Part shown: in pieces, positions 30,560-40,552 of the stretch
How the letters are laid out: each line of letters begins with the position of its first letter
Position numbering within the stretch: the stretch's first letter is position 1
Source: Candidatus Pacearchaeota archaeon
GTDB taxonomy: Archaea; Nanobdellota; Nanobdellia; Pacearchaeales; GW2011-AR1
Reading direction: 5' to 3'
NCBI GenBank assembly: GCA_038874355.1
Contig: JAVZCO010000001.1
Location: forward strand, 231,637-295,636
DNA: 64,000 nt
Notes under the pieces: model-generated
The model's input: only the letters and a program-made list of their open reading frames with translations
What the model was told of the DNA's origin: nothing
Databases searched by the model: none
Position numbers and translations under genes: made by a program

Positions 30560-30574
30560 TTTATTATTATTTTA
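30471..30574. repeat. 104-nt perfect direct repeat, copy A (uS17 5' end plus 17 nt upstream)
   Basis: Identical to 32158-32261 base for base by manual alignment. Confidence 0.8.
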
Positions 30575-30863
30575 TATTACCCTCCTTAAATCCAAGATTT
30601 ATTAATATTTCTTTAATTTTTTTACTATGATCCCCTTGTAATTCTATAATATTATTTTTTATTGTTCCTCCACATGCAAGTTTTTTCTTTAATTCTTTTA
30701 ATATCTCTTTTATATTCACACTTTTATCAAATCCGCTAACTACTGTTATTATTTTTCCAAATTTTCTTTTTTCTGTTATTACTTTAATTTCTTGATTTTC
30801 TCTGCTTATTTCACTGCATATACATATATTTTTTGGTAATCCGCACTTTGGACAGATATCCAT
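30567..30863 (-). CDS. sui1: translation initiation factor SUI1 (aSUI1/eIF1)
   Basis: GKIITVVSGFD...LACGGTIKNNIIELQGDH matches the SUI1 family. Canonical archaeal position between L29 and S17. Confidence 0.8.
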   Translation of the reverse strand: MDICPKCGLPKNICICSEISRENQEIKVITEKRKFGKIITVVSGFDKSVNIKEILKELKKKLACGGTIKNNIIELQGDHSKKIKEILINLGFKEGNIK

Positions 30864-31036
30864 TATTTAATACTAAGCAATCTCGCGATCGCTCTTTTTA
30901 TTTCTTTTATTTTTATTTTATTTTGTTTATTAGCAGGATTTTTTCTTTTTATTAATTCTAATCTTAATTCTTTTAATTTTTCTTCTCTTTCTTTTTTATT
31001 CATATTTTTTATTTCTTTTTTATTCAAAACAGCCAT
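30863..31036 (-). CDS. rpl29: 50S ribosomal protein uL29 (57 aa, not in the ORF track)
   Basis: Manual translation gives MAVLNKKEIKNMNKKEREEKLKELRLELIKRKNPANKQNKIKIKEIKRAIARLLSIK. Stop overlaps the SUI1 start. Expected operon position after uS3. Confidence 0.6.
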   Translation of the reverse strand: MAVLNKKEIKNMNKKEREEKLKELRLELIKRKNPANKQNKIKIKEIKRAIARLLSIK

Positions 31037-31037
31037 T

Positions 31038-31712
31038 TTATTTTTTACTCTTCTTATTTTTCTCTTCTTTTTCTTTTATGTTTATTCTATTTATATTTTC
31101 TTCTATTTTTCTCTTTATTTCTTCATTTATCAATATTTGATCATGTATTTTTTCATTTGGAGGTAATATACTAACCTTTATTCCTATAGTTCCTGCTATA
31201 GTTTGTGCAGTTGCTTTTGCTTTTTTTACTACCTTAACAGTATCTCCAGTTTTTTTTAAATATCCAAAAGCAAATCTCCAAGATTTTGCCCTTGCACTAG
31301 GCAATTTTCCACTTAATCTTATTTCAGCTCCTAATGCTCCAGCTTTTTGTATTTTTTCTAAAGTTTTATATGCTATTAATTTAAATTTTGAACTTCCTAA
31401 TCTCTCTAAAGAAAGGGCAATTTCATCAGCTATTGTTACAGCATCAAATTCCGGTTTTTGTATCTCTCTAATTTCTATTATAGGATTTTCTAATTTGAAT
31501 ATTTTTTTTAGATTATTTGTTAATTCATTAATTTTCTCTCCTTTTTTTCCTATAATAAATCCAGGCTTTGTTGTAGAGATTATTATTTTTTCTCCTATAG
31601 GAGTATATTCTACACTGATAGAACTAAATCTTCCCTTTCCTAAAGACTTTTTTATATACTCTTTTATTCCATATTCATCTTTTTTTAAAGTTATAAATTT
31701 TTTTTCTTCCAT
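31038..31712 (-). CDS. rps3: 30S ribosomal protein uS3 (KH domain)
   Basis: KH motif IIGKKGEKINELT and a conserved uS3 C-terminal domain. Confidence 0.85.
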   Translation of the reverse strand: MEEKKFITLKKDEYGIKEYIKKSLGKGRFSSISVEYTPIGEKIIISTTKPGFIIGKKGEKINELTNNLKKIFKLENPIIEIREIQKPEFDAVTIADEIALSLERLGSSKFKLIAYKTLEKIQKAGALGAEIRLSGKLPSARAKSWRFAFGYLKKTGDTVKVVKKAKATAQTIAGTIGIKVSILPPNEKIHDQILINEEIKRKIEENINRINIKEKEEKNKKSKK

Positions 31713-31715
31713 TTT

Positions 31716-32246
31716 TTATTCTAATTCTAATTTACCTTTTGCTTTAATTAAAATATGAGTTCTCTTAAACCTTCTTGTTCCAAATCTTCTATAAGGTCTT
31801 GAAGCTTTATCTGCTTTTGCAAAAAAGATAAATGGTTCTTCTATGTTATGATAAACAGCATTTGCATTTAAATTTTTTAATAATTTTATAAAAGTTTTTG
31901 TAGCTTTTATTGGATATCTGCCACTTTTCATATTCTTTCTATGTGGAATTTCTCCTTTCATTGGTACAGCTTTTTTAAATTTTAAAACCAATTCTAAATC
32001 CTTTAATGCTTTTTTTATTTCTTTTCCTTTAATAAATTTACATAATGCTACCGAATGTTTTGTTGATATTGATAAATCTCTTCCTCTAACAATTACTTCT
32101 TTAATTTTTTTTTCTTCTTTCTTTGTGTCATTGTTATGTGATTCTTTGTTTTCTAAATTTTCTTTATTCTTGCTATCAATTTTCTTTTTTTCTATATTTT
32201 CATCTATCTTTTCTTTCTCTTCTTCTTTTATTTCTTTATTTTCCAT
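31716..32246 (-). CDS. rpl22: 50S ribosomal protein uL22 with ~50-aa KE-rich N-terminal extension
   Basis: VRGRDLSISTKHSVALCKFIKG is the uL22 core. The first 29 aa are identical to the uS17 N-terminus. Confidence 0.75.
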   Translation of the reverse strand: MENKEIKEEEKEKIDENIEKKKIDSKNKENLENKESHNNDTKKEEKKIKEVIVRGRDLSISTKHSVALCKFIKGKEIKKALKDLELVLKFKKAVPMKGEIPHRKNMKSGRYPIKATKTFIKLLKNLNANAVYHNIEEPFIFFAKADKASRPYRRFGTRRFKRTHILIKAKGKLELE

Positions 32247-32261
32247 TTTATTATTATTTTA
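32158..32261. repeat. 104-nt perfect direct repeat, copy B (uL22 5' end plus 17 nt upstream, including the S19 stop codons)
   Basis: Identical to 30471-30574. Confidence 0.8.
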
Positions 32262-32652
32262 CTGACATAAAAGCAGAGCTTCTTGTAGCTCCGATACCAG
32301 GTGCCCCATGTTTAACACCTTTTCTTGTTACGGAAAATTCTCCTAATCTATGTCCTAACATATCTTCTGTTATTTTTACAGCGACAAATTCTTTTCCATT
32401 ATGAACATATATTGTTAATCCAACCATTTGTGGTACTATTATCATATCTCTATAAAGAGTTCTTATAGGTTTTCCCTTTTCATTATATTTTTTCCACCTT
32501 TTTATTATTTTTTCAATTTCTGAAAAATTTCTTAATATAGTTCTCCTTTCCCTAGATGTTATATATTTTGCAAATTCACGAATATCCATTTCTTTCAATT
32601 CTTCTAAAGTTTTTCCTCTTAATGTAAATTTTTTCTTTTCTATTTCTATCAT
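32254..32652 (-). CDS. rps19: 30S ribosomal protein uS19
   Basis: [27 protein letters not shown], a highly conserved S19 core. Confidence 0.85.
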   Translation of the reverse strand: MIEIEKKKFTLRGKTLEELKEMDIREFAKYITSRERRTILRNFSEIEKIIKRWKKYNEKGKPIRTLYRDMIIVPQMVGLTIYVHNGKEFVAVKITEDMLGHRLGEFSVTRKGVKHGAPGIGATRSSAFMSVK

Positions 32653-32653
32653 T

Positions 32654-33361
32654 TTATTTTTTTCTTAAACCAGTTCTTCTAGGTCTTATATGTCCTACTT
32701 TAGCCCCAGGAGGAGCATTTCTTTTTGCTATTTTACTTTTAATTCTTTTTCCTCTTCCCCCTCCAAATGGATGATCTACAGCATTCATCTTTACAGCAGA
32801 AGTTCTTGGCCATAATTTATTTCTTGATTTCATTTTATAATATTTATTTCCTGCTTTTACAAATGGTTTTTCTAATCTTCCTTGGCCAGCTATAATTCCT
32901 ATTGTTGCCCTACATTTTTCATTAAACCATTTTTCTTTTTTACTTGGCATTAGAACAGCAACTTTTCCATTTACTTTTTTTGTTATTTTAGCACTATTTC
33001 CAGAAGTTCTAACAAATTTTCCACCATCATTTGGATTATTTTCTAAATTAAAAACATTTGTTCCCGTTGGTATATCCTTTAACATCAATATATTACCTTC
33101 CTTTATTTCATTTTCATTAATTTTTATAATCTGTCCTTCATATAAACCATTTGAAGCAATATTATAAAATATTTTTCTATCAGAAGTTTGAATTTTAACT
33201 AACGGAGCAGTATGTGCACTAGAATTAATTATTTCTATTATTTTTGCTTCCCCTTTATAATTTGAAGAGGGATATGCCACTTTATATTTGTAAGCACTAG
33301 GCCTAACTCTATATGTCAAACTTCCATGCCCTCTTGCTTGTTGTATAATTCTTTTTCCCAT
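32654..33361 (-). CDS. rpl2: 50S ribosomal protein uL2
   Basis: [13 protein letters not shown] and GHIRPRRTG motifs. Confidence 0.9.
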   Translation of the reverse strand: MGKRIIQQARGHGSLTYRVRPSAYKYKVAYPSSNYKGEAKIIEIINSSAHTAPLVKIQTSDRKIFYNIASNGLYEGQIIKINENEIKEGNILMLKDIPTGTNVFNLENNPNDGGKFVRTSGNSAKITKKVNGKVAVLMPSKKEKWFNEKCRATIGIIAGQGRLEKPFVKAGNKYYKMKSRNKLWPRTSAVKMNAVDHPFGGGRGKRIKSKIAKRNAPPGAKVGHIRPRRTGLRKK

Positions 33362-33362
33362 T

Positions 33363-33614
33363 TTATAATACTCCTAATTTAGTTGCTAAGTCAATTGCAA
33401 GATTTTCTTTTTTCAATTTTATATATGCTCTTTTTTTATTATCTTTTATTAGAGTTCTTATTTTTTCTACTTTAAAATTAAAAATCTTTTCAAATTCTCT
33501 TTTTATTTCATTTTTTTTTGCTCTTCTATCTACTTCAAATACAAGTGTATTTTCACTTTCAATTAGTCTTATTGTTTTTTCTGTTACTATTGGTTTAATT
33601 ATCATTTTTTTCAA
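33363..33614 (-). CDS. rpl23: 50S ribosomal protein uL23
   Basis: IIKPIVTEKT...LVFEVDRRAKKNEIKREFEKIFNFKVEKI. Confidence 0.8.
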   Translation of the reverse strand: MKKMIIKPIVTEKTIRLIESENTLVFEVDRRAKKNEIKREFEKIFNFKVEKIRTLIKDNKKRAYIKLKKENLAIDLATKLGVL

Positions 33615-34398
33615 ACCTTTCTTTTAATTCTTTTAAAGAATTTTCTGTATAAATTGTTAATCTTCCTAAAGGCCATAAATTTTTTATATTAAGCTCATTT
33701 ACTTTTACAACTTCTATTCCTTTAATTTTAAATTTTTCATTTTTTCCTAATATTAAAAGAACACCGGAATTTTTCTTGTATTTTCTACTCCTTAATTTAC
33801 CCTTACCAGCTCTAATTTTCTTTTTTTGAATTGCAATATCCTTTAATTCTTTAAATACTTTCTCTAAAAGTTTAAAGAAATCTTTAGTTTTTAATTCCAA
33901 AACGTCAGATTTTATTACTACCGGAAGATTTATTTTTAAGTTGATATCTTTTAATTTTTCATACCTTTCTTTTATTTTTTCTAAAGATGCAGTTGCTGCA
34001 AGTGCAGATTTTAATGCAATCTCTTTTTCTTTTTTATTTATTTTTTTCTTTACTAAAAAATGTTCAATTTTTGTAGGGTGTGCTCTTCTACCACCACGAG
34101 TATTTGCCACTTCTGCACCAATCCAATAAAATTGCGAACCACGTCTCCATAATATCTTTCTAGGAGTTCTTGACATTTCTCTTCCATAACTTGTTTTCCA
34201 TTTATGCCTAGCTCTTCTTATTATACCAGAAGCACTATGTCTTTTTCCTGCTTCTTTATATGGTGCGTGAGGTTGTATATAAACAAGAGAATGAAAATAC
34301 TTTTGGCAAATATCCTCTCTTATTGGAAAAGAAAAAAAATTAGGCAAATTTATTTCCCCTTCTAGTTCTCCTTTTTTATTGATTAATTTTGTTTTCAT
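33595..34398 (-). CDS. rpl4: 50S ribosomal protein uL4
   Basis: Archaeal L4/L1e pattern (RRGSQFYWIGAE..., GRRAHP). Operon position. Confidence 0.8.
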   Translation of the reverse strand: MKTKLINKKGELEGEINLPNFFSFPIREDICQKYFHSLVYIQPHAPYKEAGKRHSASGIIRRARHKWKTSYGREMSRTPRKILWRRGSQFYWIGAEVANTRGGRRAHPTKIEHFLVKKKINKKEKEIALKSALAATASLEKIKERYEKLKDINLKINLPVVIKSDVLELKTKDFFKLLEKVFKELKDIAIQKKKIRAGKGKLRSRKYKKNSGVLLILGKNEKFKIKGIEVVKVNELNIKNLWPLGRLTIYTENSLKELKERFEKNDN

Positions 34399-34399
34399 T

Positions 34400-35371
34400 T
34401 TAAATTATTTTTATTAGTTGGTAATTTTCTTTTCTTGATTTTTTATTCTCTCTTAAAGGTAATGTTAATATAAGACAAGCTTTTTCGTTGCCAGGAACAC
34501 TTCCTTTTATTATTACATAATTTGTTCTAATTTTTCCAAAATGTTCAAATCCTCCTTTTGGATTTATATCTTTTTGTTCTATTTTTCCTATATCCAATAC
34601 TTTTAAATTATAAACACTTCTATGAAAATATCCAAGTTGCCCTGCCATAGGTGTTCTAAATGTTACATGAGAAGGTTTCCATGGACCTAAACTACCAGGC
34701 CTTCTTACACCCTTTTCAGACTTATGTTGTCTTAAAGAAATACCAAATCTTTTTACAGGCCCAGCTGTTCCATACGCTTTTGTTATCCCTCTAACATCAA
34801 CAGTTTGATTAATCTTTAGAAAATCTCCTATACAAATATCTTTATTAAGATATTCTTTAATAAAATTAATTTTTTCTTCTAAAGAACCATTAAGTCCAAT
34901 TTCTAATATGTCTGGAGTTTTTTTTATTCCAGTTTTCTTTACATTAGAATAAACTATTATTCTTATATCATCTATTTCCTTTTTTATTTCTTCAAATTCT
35001 TTATTTAAATCAATTTTTTTCTTTTCCTTAGGTATTTTAACTTTTCTTTTTAATTCTTTATCAAGATTTTCATTTAAAATTTCTTTTATTATCTTTTTGT
35101 TTTTATAAAATCTAATAGAAAAAATTTTCATAGGAGGAACCTCTAAAATTGTTATTGGTAAAATTATATTTTTTCCTTTTGTTAAACTTTCAGGTGTATT
35201 ATCTTTTACAAGAGCCGATTTCATTCCAACTTTATAACACAAGAAACCTAAAATTTTATCTTCTTCTTTTTTTTGTAATGCTTCCCAGTTCACTCTAGGT
35301 AAAACTTTTCTTACTCTCTTCCTAGGCCAATATTGTAAGCTCCCATCTCTAGCTTTACTTAATGATGCCAT
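34400..35371 (-). CDS. rpl3: 50S ribosomal protein uL3
   Basis: First gene of the cluster. FxxGQ-like motifs (TKAYGTAGPVKRFG..., HVTFRTPMAGQLGYFHR). Confidence 0.85.
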   Translation of the reverse strand: MASLSKARDGSLQYWPRKRVRKVLPRVNWEALQKKEEDKILGFLCYKVGMKSALVKDNTPESLTKGKNIILPITILEVPPMKIFSIRFYKNKKIIKEILNENLDKELKRKVKIPKEKKKIDLNKEFEEIKKEIDDIRIIVYSNVKKTGIKKTPDILEIGLNGSLEEKINFIKEYLNKDICIGDFLKINQTVDVRGITKAYGTAGPVKRFGISLRQHKSEKGVRRPGSLGPWKPSHVTFRTPMAGQLGYFHRSVYNLKVLDIGKIEQKDINPKGGFEHFGKIRTNYVIIKGSVPGNEKACLILTLPLRENKKSRKENYQLIKII

Positions 35372-35569
35372 CTTATAAATATATACTTTATTTAATCTTT
35401 TATTTTATATTTTATATTAAAAAATATTTATAATATGCCCTTCTATAAAAGAACCGTGAACCCTCAAATTTAATAAAATTAAAATTTTGTAGCTTTATAA
35501 ATTTTATTCTTTTTTAATTAAATTAAAAAGATTTTCAATTTAATATATTAATTTAAATGAATTTTCTTC

Positions 35570-36232
35570 TTAGATTTCAAATTCTTTTTCTATTATTTTC
35601 TCTTTTTTATCTACTATAATCTTTCTTATTATTTTTCCTTTTCTTTTTGCTAATTCTCTTATTTTTGCAAAATCTTTTTCATTTGGTGGGAAAATTATTT
35701 GATTTATTTCATAATTATGAGATATTTTTGCTTCTTTAAAATTATTTAAATCCCAAAAAAAGTAATCTTTAATTTTATCTAGATATTTTAAATCTGCTTC
35801 TAAGATACAAAATTTATCATCTATTTTTAATTCTCCAGATTTTCCTGGCTTAGGCAATTTATTTTTTATTTTTAATTTTAACTTTTCAGAATCTACGTTT
35901 AATAACATAAAATATGCTTTTTTTGAATATTCTTTAAGTTTTTCCGAATTTCCTTTAAATTCATAAATATTTATTTCTGTTTTTTCTTTCCCAATTAAAT
36001 CTAATTTTTCTTTACTCAATATATTTCCATAAAAATTAAAATCTCCCAATTCCATAACTAAATTAACAAAATCATTTGCATATTCAAAACTTCCAGAAAT
36101 TTTAATTTTATTAGAAATTTTTATAGATAATACAGCTCTATTTTCATACTTTCCTTTTCCAAATCTTATAAATTGTCTATGGGCTTCTTTAGTTTCTTTT
36201 CCATAAAAAATATCTTTTATGAAACAACTCAT
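35570..36232 (-). CDS. hypothetical protein
   Basis: 220-aa ORF with typical codon usage and no recognisable motif. Confidence 0.3.
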   Translation of the reverse strand: MSCFIKDIFYGKETKEAHRQFIRFGKGKYENRAVLSIKISNKIKISGSFEYANDFVNLVMELGDFNFYGNILSKEKLDLIGKEKTEINIYEFKGNSEKLKEYSKKAYFMLLNVDSEKLKLKIKNKLPKPGKSGELKIDDKFCILEADLKYLDKIKDYFFWDLNNFKEAKISHNYEINQIIFPPNEKDFAKIRELAKRKGKIIRKIIVDKKEKIIEKEFEI

Positions 36233-36280
36233 TTTATAATTAACAAAATTTATAAATAAAATTTTCCTTTAGTAATTAAA

Positions 36281-37294
36281 ATGAATACAAAAAATGAATT
36301 TAAAAATATATCTATTATAATAATTATAATTATTTTACTTATTTTAGCTATTATTTTGTTATATCCAATTTTACAACCTATTTTAATTGGTTTTTTACTT
36401 GTTTATTTATTTTACCCCCTTTACAAAAAAATATTAAAAATAACGAAAGAAAAAAATTTAGCTGCTTTTATTATTATATTAATAATTTTACTTTTTTTAA
36501 TTTTACCTATGTGGTTCTTATTCCCAAAAATATTAAAACAATCTTTTGAAATTTATTTATACTTACAAAAGTTGGATATAGGAGCAATTTTAAACAGATT
36601 CGTTCCTTATTTAACTTCAACAATAATTTACCAAGAGTTGATAATTAATATAAATAAAATTTTTTCTTCAAGTGCTAACTTACTTTTTAATTCTTTAACA
36701 AATTTTATTCTTAATATTCCCCTTTTATTAATGAAAATAGCAATTGTCTTTATATTATTATTTTTTGGGCTTAGAGATAGTGAAAATATAAAAAATTTTC
36801 TTAAATCTATCTCTCCATTTGAGAAGGATGTAGAAGATAAATTAATAAAAAATTTTGGGGATATAACAAAATCTGTTATTTATGGGCAAATTATAATAGG
36901 TTTAATTCAAGGGATTCTAACTGGTATAGGATTATTTATTTTTAAAACCCCACAAGCATTATTTTTAACACTAATAGCTATAATTTGTGGAATAATACCT
37001 ATATTAGGTCCATGGATTATTTGGATTCCATTAAGTACATATTTCTTTTTATCAGGTAATATTCTAAAAGCAATTGGAATTTTCTTATGGGGTGCTATAT
37101 TAGTTTCATGGATAGATAATTTTTTAAGACCTTATATTGTTTCAAAAAAATCAAAAGTTTCAACAGCTTCTGTATTCATAGGAATGATAGGAGGATTAAT
37201 AACTTTAGGTTTGATTGGATTAATAATTGGCCCATTATTATTATCCTACTTATTTTTATTAATAGAATTTTATAAAAATAAAAAGAATAATTAA
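36281..37294 (+). CDS. AI-2E family transporter (UPF0118/PerM-like)
   Basis: 337 aa, 8 TM helices. The GIIPILGPWIIWIP motif is typical of the AI-2E family. Confidence 0.55.
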   Translation: MNTKNEFKNISIIIIIIILLILAIILLYPILQPILIGFLLVYLFYPLYKKILKITKEKNLAAFIIILIILLFLILPMWFLFPKILKQSFEIYLYLQKLDIGAILNRFVPYLTSTIIYQELIININKIFSSSANLLFNSLTNFILNIPLLLMKIAIVFILLFFGLRDSENIKNFLKSISPFEKDVEDKLIKNFGDITKSVIYGQIIIGLIQGILTGIGLFIFKTPQALFLTLIAIICGIIPILGPWIIWIPLSTYFFLSGNILKAIGIFLWGAILVSWIDNFLRPYIVSKKSKVSTASVFIGMIGGLITLGLIGLIIGPLLLSYLFLLIEFYKNKKNN

Positions 37295-37295
37295 A

Positions 37296-38765
37296 ATGAA
37301 TTTAAAAGTAAAATTTTTGAATTTTTCAGCAGGAAGGCCGATAATAATTTTAAATAAAACTTTTGCTAAAAATAATGCAATTCACGTAGATAGTAGAATT
37401 AATATAATCTATAAAAATAAAGAAATAATTGCAGTTGTAGATTTAGCTTCTAATTTCATTAAAGAAAATGAAGCAATAATATCTTCAGAAGTTGTTAATT
37501 ATTTAAATATACATGAAGGAGAAGAAATAAAAATAACATTGGCAAAAAAACCTATAAGTACTAAATATATTTTAAAAAAATTAAATAATAAAAAACTTAA
37601 TAAAGAAGAGATAAGAAGTATAATAAAAGATATATCTATAAATGCTTTAACAGAATCTGAAATTGCTTTTTTTGTTTCTGCTGTATATAAGTGTGGAATG
37701 TCTTTTAAAGAACTTATTTATATGATAGAAGCAATCGTAGAAACTGGAAAAAAATTAAATCTCGGAAATAAAATAGTTGTAGATAAACATAGCATAGGTG
37801 GAATTCCAGGAAGAGTTACTCCAATTATAGTTTCTATTTGTGCTGCAGCTGGATTAACTATACCAAAAACTTCTTCAAGAGCAATAACAACCCCTTCTGG
37901 AACAGCCGATGCATTAGAAACTATCTGTAAAGTAGATTTTTCTTTGAAAGAAATAAAGGAAATAATAAAAAAAACAAATGCATGTTTTGTTTGGGGCGGT
38001 TCTTTAGATTTAGCCCCAGCAGATGATAAAATTATACAGATAGAAAAAATAATTAATTTAGATCCAGAAGCTCAATTATTAGCTTCAATTATATCAAAGA
38101 AAATTGCTGTAGGAGCAAAATATGTTGTTATAGATATTCCTTACGGAAAATTTGCTAAAGTTTCTTTTTCTAAAGCAATAAAATTAGAAAAAAAATTTTT
38201 AGAAATAGCAAAATATTTTAAAATAATTTTAAAATGTTCTTTAAAAGAAATAAATGAGCCTCTTGGTAATGGAATTGGTCCAGCACTAGAAATACAAGAT
38301 GTAATAAAAGTTTTATCTTTAAAAGACTCGTGCAATAAATTAGAAGAAAGAGCTTTAGAATTATCTTCAATTATTTTAGAAATGACAGGAAAAGCAAAAA
38401 TAGGAAAAGGTAAAGAATTAGCAAAAAAAATATTGTATTCAGGAAAAGCTTTTGAGAAATTTAATGAAATAATAAAAGCACAGAAAGGAGATATAAATTT
38501 TAAGTTTAAAGAAGCACAATATAAAAAAGATATCCTAGCAGAAAAAAAAGGAATTATTAAAGAAATAAATATAAAATTAATTAATTACCTCGCTATTTTA
38601 GCAGGATGCCCTATGGACAAATATGCAGGAATCTATTTACATAAACATCTAAATCAAGAAGTAAAGAAAGGAGAAAAAATATTAACAATATATTCTGAAA
38701 ATGAAGAACAATTGAATAATGTAATAAAAATTTATAACGAAAATAATCCAATAATAATAAAATGA
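37296..38765 (+). CDS. deoA: AMP phosphorylase / thymidine phosphorylase family (glycosyl transferase family 3)
   Basis: N-terminus MNLKVKFLNFSAGRPIIILN (AMP phosphorylase-type). HSIGGIPGRVTP and TSSRAITTPSGTADALE motifs. Confidence 0.75.
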   Translation: MNLKVKFLNFSAGRPIIILNKTFAKNNAIHVDSRINIIYKNKEIIAVVDLASNFIKENEAIISSEVVNYLNIHEGEEIKITLAKKPISTKYILKKLNNKKLNKEEIRSIIKDISINALTESEIAFFVSAVYKCGMSFKELIYMIEAIVETGKKLNLGNKIVVDKHSIGGIPGRVTPIIVSICAAAGLTIPKTSSRAITTPSGTADALETICKVDFSLKEIKEIIKKTNACFVWGGSLDLAPADDKIIQIEKIINLDPEAQLLASIISKKIAVGAKYVVIDIPYGKFAKVSFSKAIKLEKKFLEIAKYFKIILKCSLKEINEPLGNGIGPALEIQDVIKVLSLKDSCNKLEERALELSSIILEMTGKAKIGKGKELAKKILYSGKAFEKFNEIIKAQKGDINFKFKEAQYKKDILAEKKGIIKEINIKLINYLAILAGCPMDKYAGIYLHKHLNQEVKKGEKILTIYSENEEQLNNVIKIYNENNPIIIK

Positions 38766-40474
38766 TGAGTAGTTTTATACAACTTAGTTTAATTCTTTTT
38801 ATTGTTTTATTTATTTCTACTATCTTAAGAATTTTAAAACAACCATTAATAGTAGGATATATATTGTGTGGTATTTTATTAGGACCCTCCTTCTTAAACA
38901 CCGTTAAAAATAATGAAATAATATTAACATTTTCAGAAATTGGAGTCTCTTTTCTTTTATTTTTAGTTGGTATGTATTTAAATCCAAAAAAAATAAAAGA
39001 ATTTGGTAAAATTTCTTTAATAACTGGTATAGGTCAATTTGTTTTTACTTCTTTAATAGGATATTTTATATCCCGTCTATTAAATTTTTCAATATTAACT
39101 TCTATTTATGTTTCAATAGCATTAACTTTTTCTTCTACAATTATAATAACAAAACTCTTATCAGATAAAGAGTCTCTTGATAAATTATATGGAAAAATAT
39201 CGATAGGATTTTTACTAGTTCAAGATTTGATTGCAATGTTCCTTTTGATTTTTCTTTCATCTTATTCAGAACAAACTACTTCGTTAATTTTTTTTTATAA
39301 GATGATAATAAGAGGAATACTAATAATTCTAATAATCATTCCAATTAGTATATTTGTTATAAATAAATTTAGTCAATTTTTTGCAAAATCACAAGAGTTA
39401 TTATTTATTTTTGCTATATCCTTTGGTCTACTCTTTTCTTCTTTATTTTTTTATTTAGGATTCTCAATTGAAGTTGGAGCTTTAGTTGCAGGAATAATTA
39501 TTTCTACTTCTCCTTATAGTTATGAAATAAGTTCTAGACTAAAACCTCTAAGAGATTTTTTTATTATTTCTTTTTTTATTGTTCTTGGAAGTAAAATGAC
39601 TTTGCCTAACCTTTCTGTTCACATTATCCCTATAATTATTTTTTCTTTTTTTATTCTAATAGGAAATCCTTTAATTGTTATGATTTTAATGGGGATTTTT
39701 GGTTATAGTAGAAATACTAGTTTTATGTGTGGTTTAACAGTTGCTCAAATAAGCGAATTTTCTTTAGTATTAATTTCTTTGGGAGTTAAATTAGGACATA
39801 TATCAGAAGATATTCTTTCTCTTGTAACCGCAGTAGGTTTAATTACTATATTATGCTCTACTTATTTAATAATTTATTCTGAAAAGATCTATTTTAAAAT
39901 ATCTAAATATTTGTCTGTATTTGAAAGAAAAAGAATAAGAGAAATACAATATAAAGATAAAGAAAAAAAATATGAATACATCCTTTTAGGAGAAAATAGA
40001 ATAGGTTTTTCTATAATGAATTATTTTATTAATTCAAATAAGAATTATCTTATTGTAGATTTTAATCCAGAAAGAATAACAAGATTAAAAAAACAAGGAA
40101 TTAATTGTATTTATGGAGATGTTTCGAATGTAGAATTTTTAGATAATCTAAATCTTAAAAATGCAAAATTAGTTGTTTCTACAATACCAGAAAAAGAAAT
40201 TAGTTTATTAATTTTAGAAAGAACAAAAAAGAAAAATAAAAATATTGTTGTTATATTAACTGCAAGACAAATAAGAGAAGCATTAGAATTGTATAAAGAA
40301 GGGGCAGATTATGTTATATTACCACATTTTTTAGGAGGAGAATATACTTCTCAATTAATATCTAGATATAATATAAATTTAAAAAAATATGAAGAAGAAA
40401 AAATAAAGCATATAAAAGAATTAAAAAAAAGATTAATAGAAAAACAAGAACATCCATATACAGAGAGAGATTAA
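38762..40474 (+). CDS. CPA2 cation:proton antiporter (Kef-type) with C-terminal TrkA-N/RCK domain
   Basis: 13 TM helices with the Na_H_Exchanger pattern, then a Rossmann-like region (ILLGENRIGFSIMNYF...DVS). Confidence 0.7.
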   Translation: MMSSFIQLSLILFIVLFISTILRILKQPLIVGYILCGILLGPSFLNTVKNNEIILTFSEIGVSFLLFLVGMYLNPKKIKEFGKISLITGIGQFVFTSLIGYFISRLLNFSILTSIYVSIALTFSSTIIITKLLSDKESLDKLYGKISIGFLLVQDLIAMFLLIFLSSYSEQTTSLIFFYKMIIRGILIILIIIPISIFVINKFSQFFAKSQELLFIFAISFGLLFSSLFFYLGFSIEVGALVAGIIISTSPYSYEISSRLKPLRDFFIISFFIVLGSKMTLPNLSVHIIPIIIFSFFILIGNPLIVMILMGIFGYSRNTSFMCGLTVAQISEFSLVLISLGVKLGHISEDILSLVTAVGLITILCSTYLIIYSEKIYFKISKYLSVFERKRIREIQYKDKEKKYEYILLGENRIGFSIMNYFINSNKNYLIVDFNPERITRLKKQGINCIYGDVSNVEFLDNLNLKNAKLVVSTIPEKEISLLILERTKKKNKNIVVILTARQIREALELYKEGADYVILPHFLGGEYTSQLISRYNINLKKYEEEKIKHIKELKKRLIEKQEHPYTERD

Positions 40475-40552
40475 TTAATAATATTTCCTTATAAAAATAA
40501 ATAATTTTTATAGATTAGTAATCTTTATATATATCTATATTTTTTCTTTTTT

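Noticed and set aside
35372-35569. Possible promoter (TATA-like ctttataaat / tttatattttatatt) for the ribosomal superoperon
   Set aside because: In a genome this AT-rich, TATA-like strings are everywhere. It cannot be distinguished by eye without TSS data.
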